From Lama glama (lineage: Eukaryota), in the NCBI GenBank assembly GCA_028534125.1, contig CM052832.1:14014001-14078000 (forward strand): a stretch of DNA of 64,000 nucleotides. The letters are read 5' to 3'. Below the pieces are notes generated by a model. The model was not told where the DNA came from, did not search any database, and worked only from the letters and a program-made list of their open reading frames with translations. The translations under genes and the position numbers were made by a program. Each line of letters starts with the position of its first letter. Position 1 is the stretch's first letter. Positions 61,100 to 64,000 of the stretch are shown one piece after another.

Positions 61100-61520
61100 A
61101 CTTGAGCTGGGAAAACGCAATTGTTCGTCAACAGGCAAATGAATAACCAAACTGGTCTATCCACACACTAGCAGTAAAAAAGGAACCATCTAATTCAGGC
61201 ACCAAGGATACATCTCAAAAACGTTATGCTCTGTTGAGTGGGGGAAAAAAATCAGACACAAAAGAGCACATTCCATATGATTCTGATTATGTGAAGTCCA
61301 AGAACAGGCAAAGTTAATCTGGTGAGCGAAATCAGAACAGTAATTGATTGCCTCTGGGAAGGAGAGGTGGGAATCGACTGGGAAAAGCCAGAAGATGGAA
61401 CGTTCTCTGCCTTGTTTTGGATAGTGGCTACCCAGGTGCATACAATTGTCAAAATCCATCACACTGGACATTTAGCAGCAGAGTATTTTTGCGTGTAAAT
61501 TATACTTATTTAAAACAAAA
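61100..61520 (+). mobile_element. Old L1ME/L1MC-like 3' end
   Basis: tcaacaggcaaatgaataaccaaactggt…atctcaaaaacgttatgct…aaaagagcacattccatatgatt…caggcaaagttaatct…gtaaattatactt. Confidence 0.7.
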
Positions 61521-61840
61521 AAGTACTGTACTTGAAAAAGAGACCGTTTCTAATACAAACTGAGTGATGCGGTACAAGCAGGACAAGAGTAGCATTCAGC
61601 CACAGTGAGGGAGGAGGAGAAAGGCAGACCCGACGGCAGAGCAGAGACCCTTAACTACCGCGACAGCAGAGAAGGGAGCTCAGCAGAAGAAGCTGGCTTG
61701 AGAAAGAATGAACAGGAGGAGGGCAGAAGCTCTTAGCTGCAGAGAAAGCAAAAAACTTCTAAGCAGAGAACTCAAGAACATGAAGGCAAATTACAGGAAG
61801 GAGAGAGAGGGAAAGAGAGAGAATCTAATAAAACCTAGAT

Positions 61841-61985
61841 GGGGGGAGGGTATAGCTCAGTGGTAGAGAGCACGCTTAGGATAGAAAAGGTTATAGGTTC
61901 AACCCCCAGTACCTCCGTCAATGTAAATAAATAAACCTAATTACTCCCCAAATAGATAAATAAATGAAAATAATTTTTAAAAAAT
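61841..61985 (+). mobile_element. tRNA-derived SINE (Vic-1-like)
   Basis: ggggggagggtatagctcagtggtagagagcacgcttagg…ggttcaacccccagtacctcc…aaacctaattactcccc. Confidence 0.9.
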
Positions 61986-62096
61986 AAGACTGCTCTTCAG
62001 GATCAGAAAGGTTATAATAATCATGAGCTGCTGTTGCTGCCAGGAGAGCTCTTTCTGGAGAGAAGAAGCAAGCTGCCAGCCTGGGGCAGAAATATA

Positions 62097-63746
62097 TTTT
62101 TTTAATTGAAGTACAGTCAATTACAATGTGTCGATTTCTGGTGTACAGCACAATGTTCCAGTCATGCATATACATACATATATTTGTTTTCATATTCTTT
62201 TTCATTAAAGGTTATTATAAGATATTGAATACAGTTCCCTGGGCTATACAGAAGAAATTTGTCTTTTTTTAAAATCTATTTTTATATATAGTGCCTAACA
62301 TTTGCAAATTTCAAACTCCCAAATTTATCTCTTCCCACCCCTGCCCCCTGTAATCGTAAGTTTATTTTCTACGTCTGTGAGTCTGTTTCTGTCTTGTAAG
62401 TAAGTTCGGGGTTTTTTGTTTGTTTGTTTTTTAGGTTCCACATATAAGTGATATGGTATTTTTCTTTCTCTTTCTGGCTTACTTCACTTAGAATAACAGT
62501 CTCCAGGTCCATCCTTGTTAACTGCAAATGGCATTGTTTTATTCTTTTTTATGGCTGAATAGTATTCTGTTGTGTAAATATACCACAACTTCTTTATCCA
62601 GTCATCTGTTGATGGACATTTAGGTTGTTTCCACGTCTTAGCTATTGTAAATAGTACTGCTATGAACATTGAGCTGCATGTATCTTTTTGAATTAAGGTC
62701 CCCTTTGGATATATTCCTCTGGATATATACGGGATTGCTGAATCATACTGCAAGTCTATTTTCAGTCTTTTGAGGAATCTCCATACTGTTTTCCATAACA
62801 GCTGCACCAAATTACATTTCCCACCAACAGTGTAGAAGGGTTCCCTTTTCTCCATCTCCTCTCAAGCATTTATTGTTTGTGGACTTTTGAATGATGGCTA
62901 TTCTGACTGGTGTGAGATGATACCTCATGGTAGTTTTGATTTGCATTTCTCTGATAATTAGCAATGCTGAGCATTTTTTCATGTGCCTGTTGGCCATTCA
63001 TTTGTCTTCACTGGAAAATTCCTTGTTTAGGTCTTCTGCCCATTTTTGGATTGGGTTTTTTTTTTATTATTAAGTTGTATGAGCTGCTTATATATTATAG
63101 AAATTAAGCCCTTGTCAGTCTCATCTTTTGCAAATATTTCCTTCCATTCCATGGGTTGTCTTTTTGTTTTGCTTATGGTTTCCTTTGCTGTGCAAAAGCT
63201 TACAAGTTTTATTAGGTCCCATTTGTTAATTTTTGCTTTTATTTCTATTGCCTGGGTAGACTGCCCTAGGAGAACATTGCTGAGATTTATGTCAGATAAT
63301 GTTTTGCCTCTGTTTTCTTCTAGGAGGTTTATTGTATCTTCTCCTATATTTAAGTCTTTATGACATTGTGAGTTTATTTTTGTGTATGGTCTGAGAGAGT
63401 GTTCTAACTTCATTGATTTACACACTGCTATCTAGTTTTCTCAACACCACTTGCTCAAGGGACTGTCTTTTCTCCATTGTATATTCTTGCCTCCTTTGTC
63501 AAAGATTAATTGACCGTAGGTCTGTAGGTTTATTTCTGGGCTCTCTATTCTGTTCCATTGATCCATATGTCTGTTTTTAATGCCAATTTACTATAGCTCT
63601 GTAGTAATGTCTGAAGTCAGATTCGTTCTTTTTCTTCAATATTCCTTTGGCAATTCTGGACATTTTGTGATTCCATATAAATTTTAGGATTATTTGAAAA
63701 ATGTCATGGGTAATTTCATAGGGATTGCATTAAATCTGTAGATTAC
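62097..63746 (-). mobile_element. 5'-truncated LINE-1 (ORF2 C-terminus plus 3' UTR)
   Basis: - strand peptides [45 protein letters not shown] and [16 protein letters not shown], with frameshifts. T-tail at ~62097. Confidence 0.92.
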
Positions 63747-63863
63747 TGGGATAGAAATTAACACAAGGAAACCCCAAATAGTGATGCTTCAAATACCAGT
63801 GACTGTAAAATCAGTTCTGGAGAAATAAGATCATAAAATCCTCCTATAGAAAGGTCCTCTAAG

Positions 63864-64000
63864 CCAGATATTGGCAAACTTTTTCCATAATGCACCAGAT
63901 GGTAAATATTTTAGGCCATGCAGGCCATGGGGTCTCTGTCGCAAATACTCAACACTGCCATCATAGCATGAAAGCATCCATAGATGATACATAAATGAAT
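63864..64000. mobile_element. MER58A-like fossil, cut by the window end
   Basis: ttggcaaactttttccata…ccagatggtaaatattttaggc…gcaggcca…gtctctgtcgcaaatactcaac. Confidence 0.8.

Noticed and set aside
1..64000. A novel prokaryote-style system (CRISPR array, defence operon, retron, etc.)
   Set aside because: The window is intron/exon mammalian DNA with LINEs and SINEs. There is no regularly spaced repeat-spacer array, no operon-like ORF packing and no foreign-looking insert.

Overview
Mammalian genomic DNA, not prokaryotic. Bases 1-34.5 kb hold the 3' part of FKBP5 (FKBP51, Hsp90 co-chaperone immunophilin) on the + strand. Seven coding exons are present (5-11 by human numbering: 184-298, 15391-15547, 20293-20383, 22705-22788, 28436-28621, 31233-31472, 32203-32310). 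All are GT-AG and phase-compatible, giving 981 nt = 326 aa + stop (residues ~132-457), followed by a ~2.15 kb 3' UTR. Intron 5 carries the paired steroid response elements (AGCACAtcgAGTTCA and AGAACAgggTGTTCT), and intron 7 carries a cluster of TGTTCY half-sites. The remaining ~37-64 kb is intergenic and consists mostly of nested, dead LINE-1 copies, a solo LTR, DNA-transposon fossils and ten tRNA-derived SINEs across the window. The SINEs resemble the camelid Vic-1 type, so the organism is probably a camel/alpaca/llama (inference). There is one 500-N assembly gap. I found no new biological system. The most notable signals are: (i) an intact alternative frame for the FKBP51s short isoform (exon 7 skipping plus read-through into intron 8) with the same length I recall for human; (ii) two miR-99/100 seed sites in the 3' UTR; (iii) a CpG-free intron 7 hormone-response cluster; (iv) an inverted SINE pair in intron 9; (v) several young L1 insertions with intact target-site duplications. 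Repeat family names and human comparisons come from recall of consensus sequences and need confirmation, and repeat boundaries are approximate.
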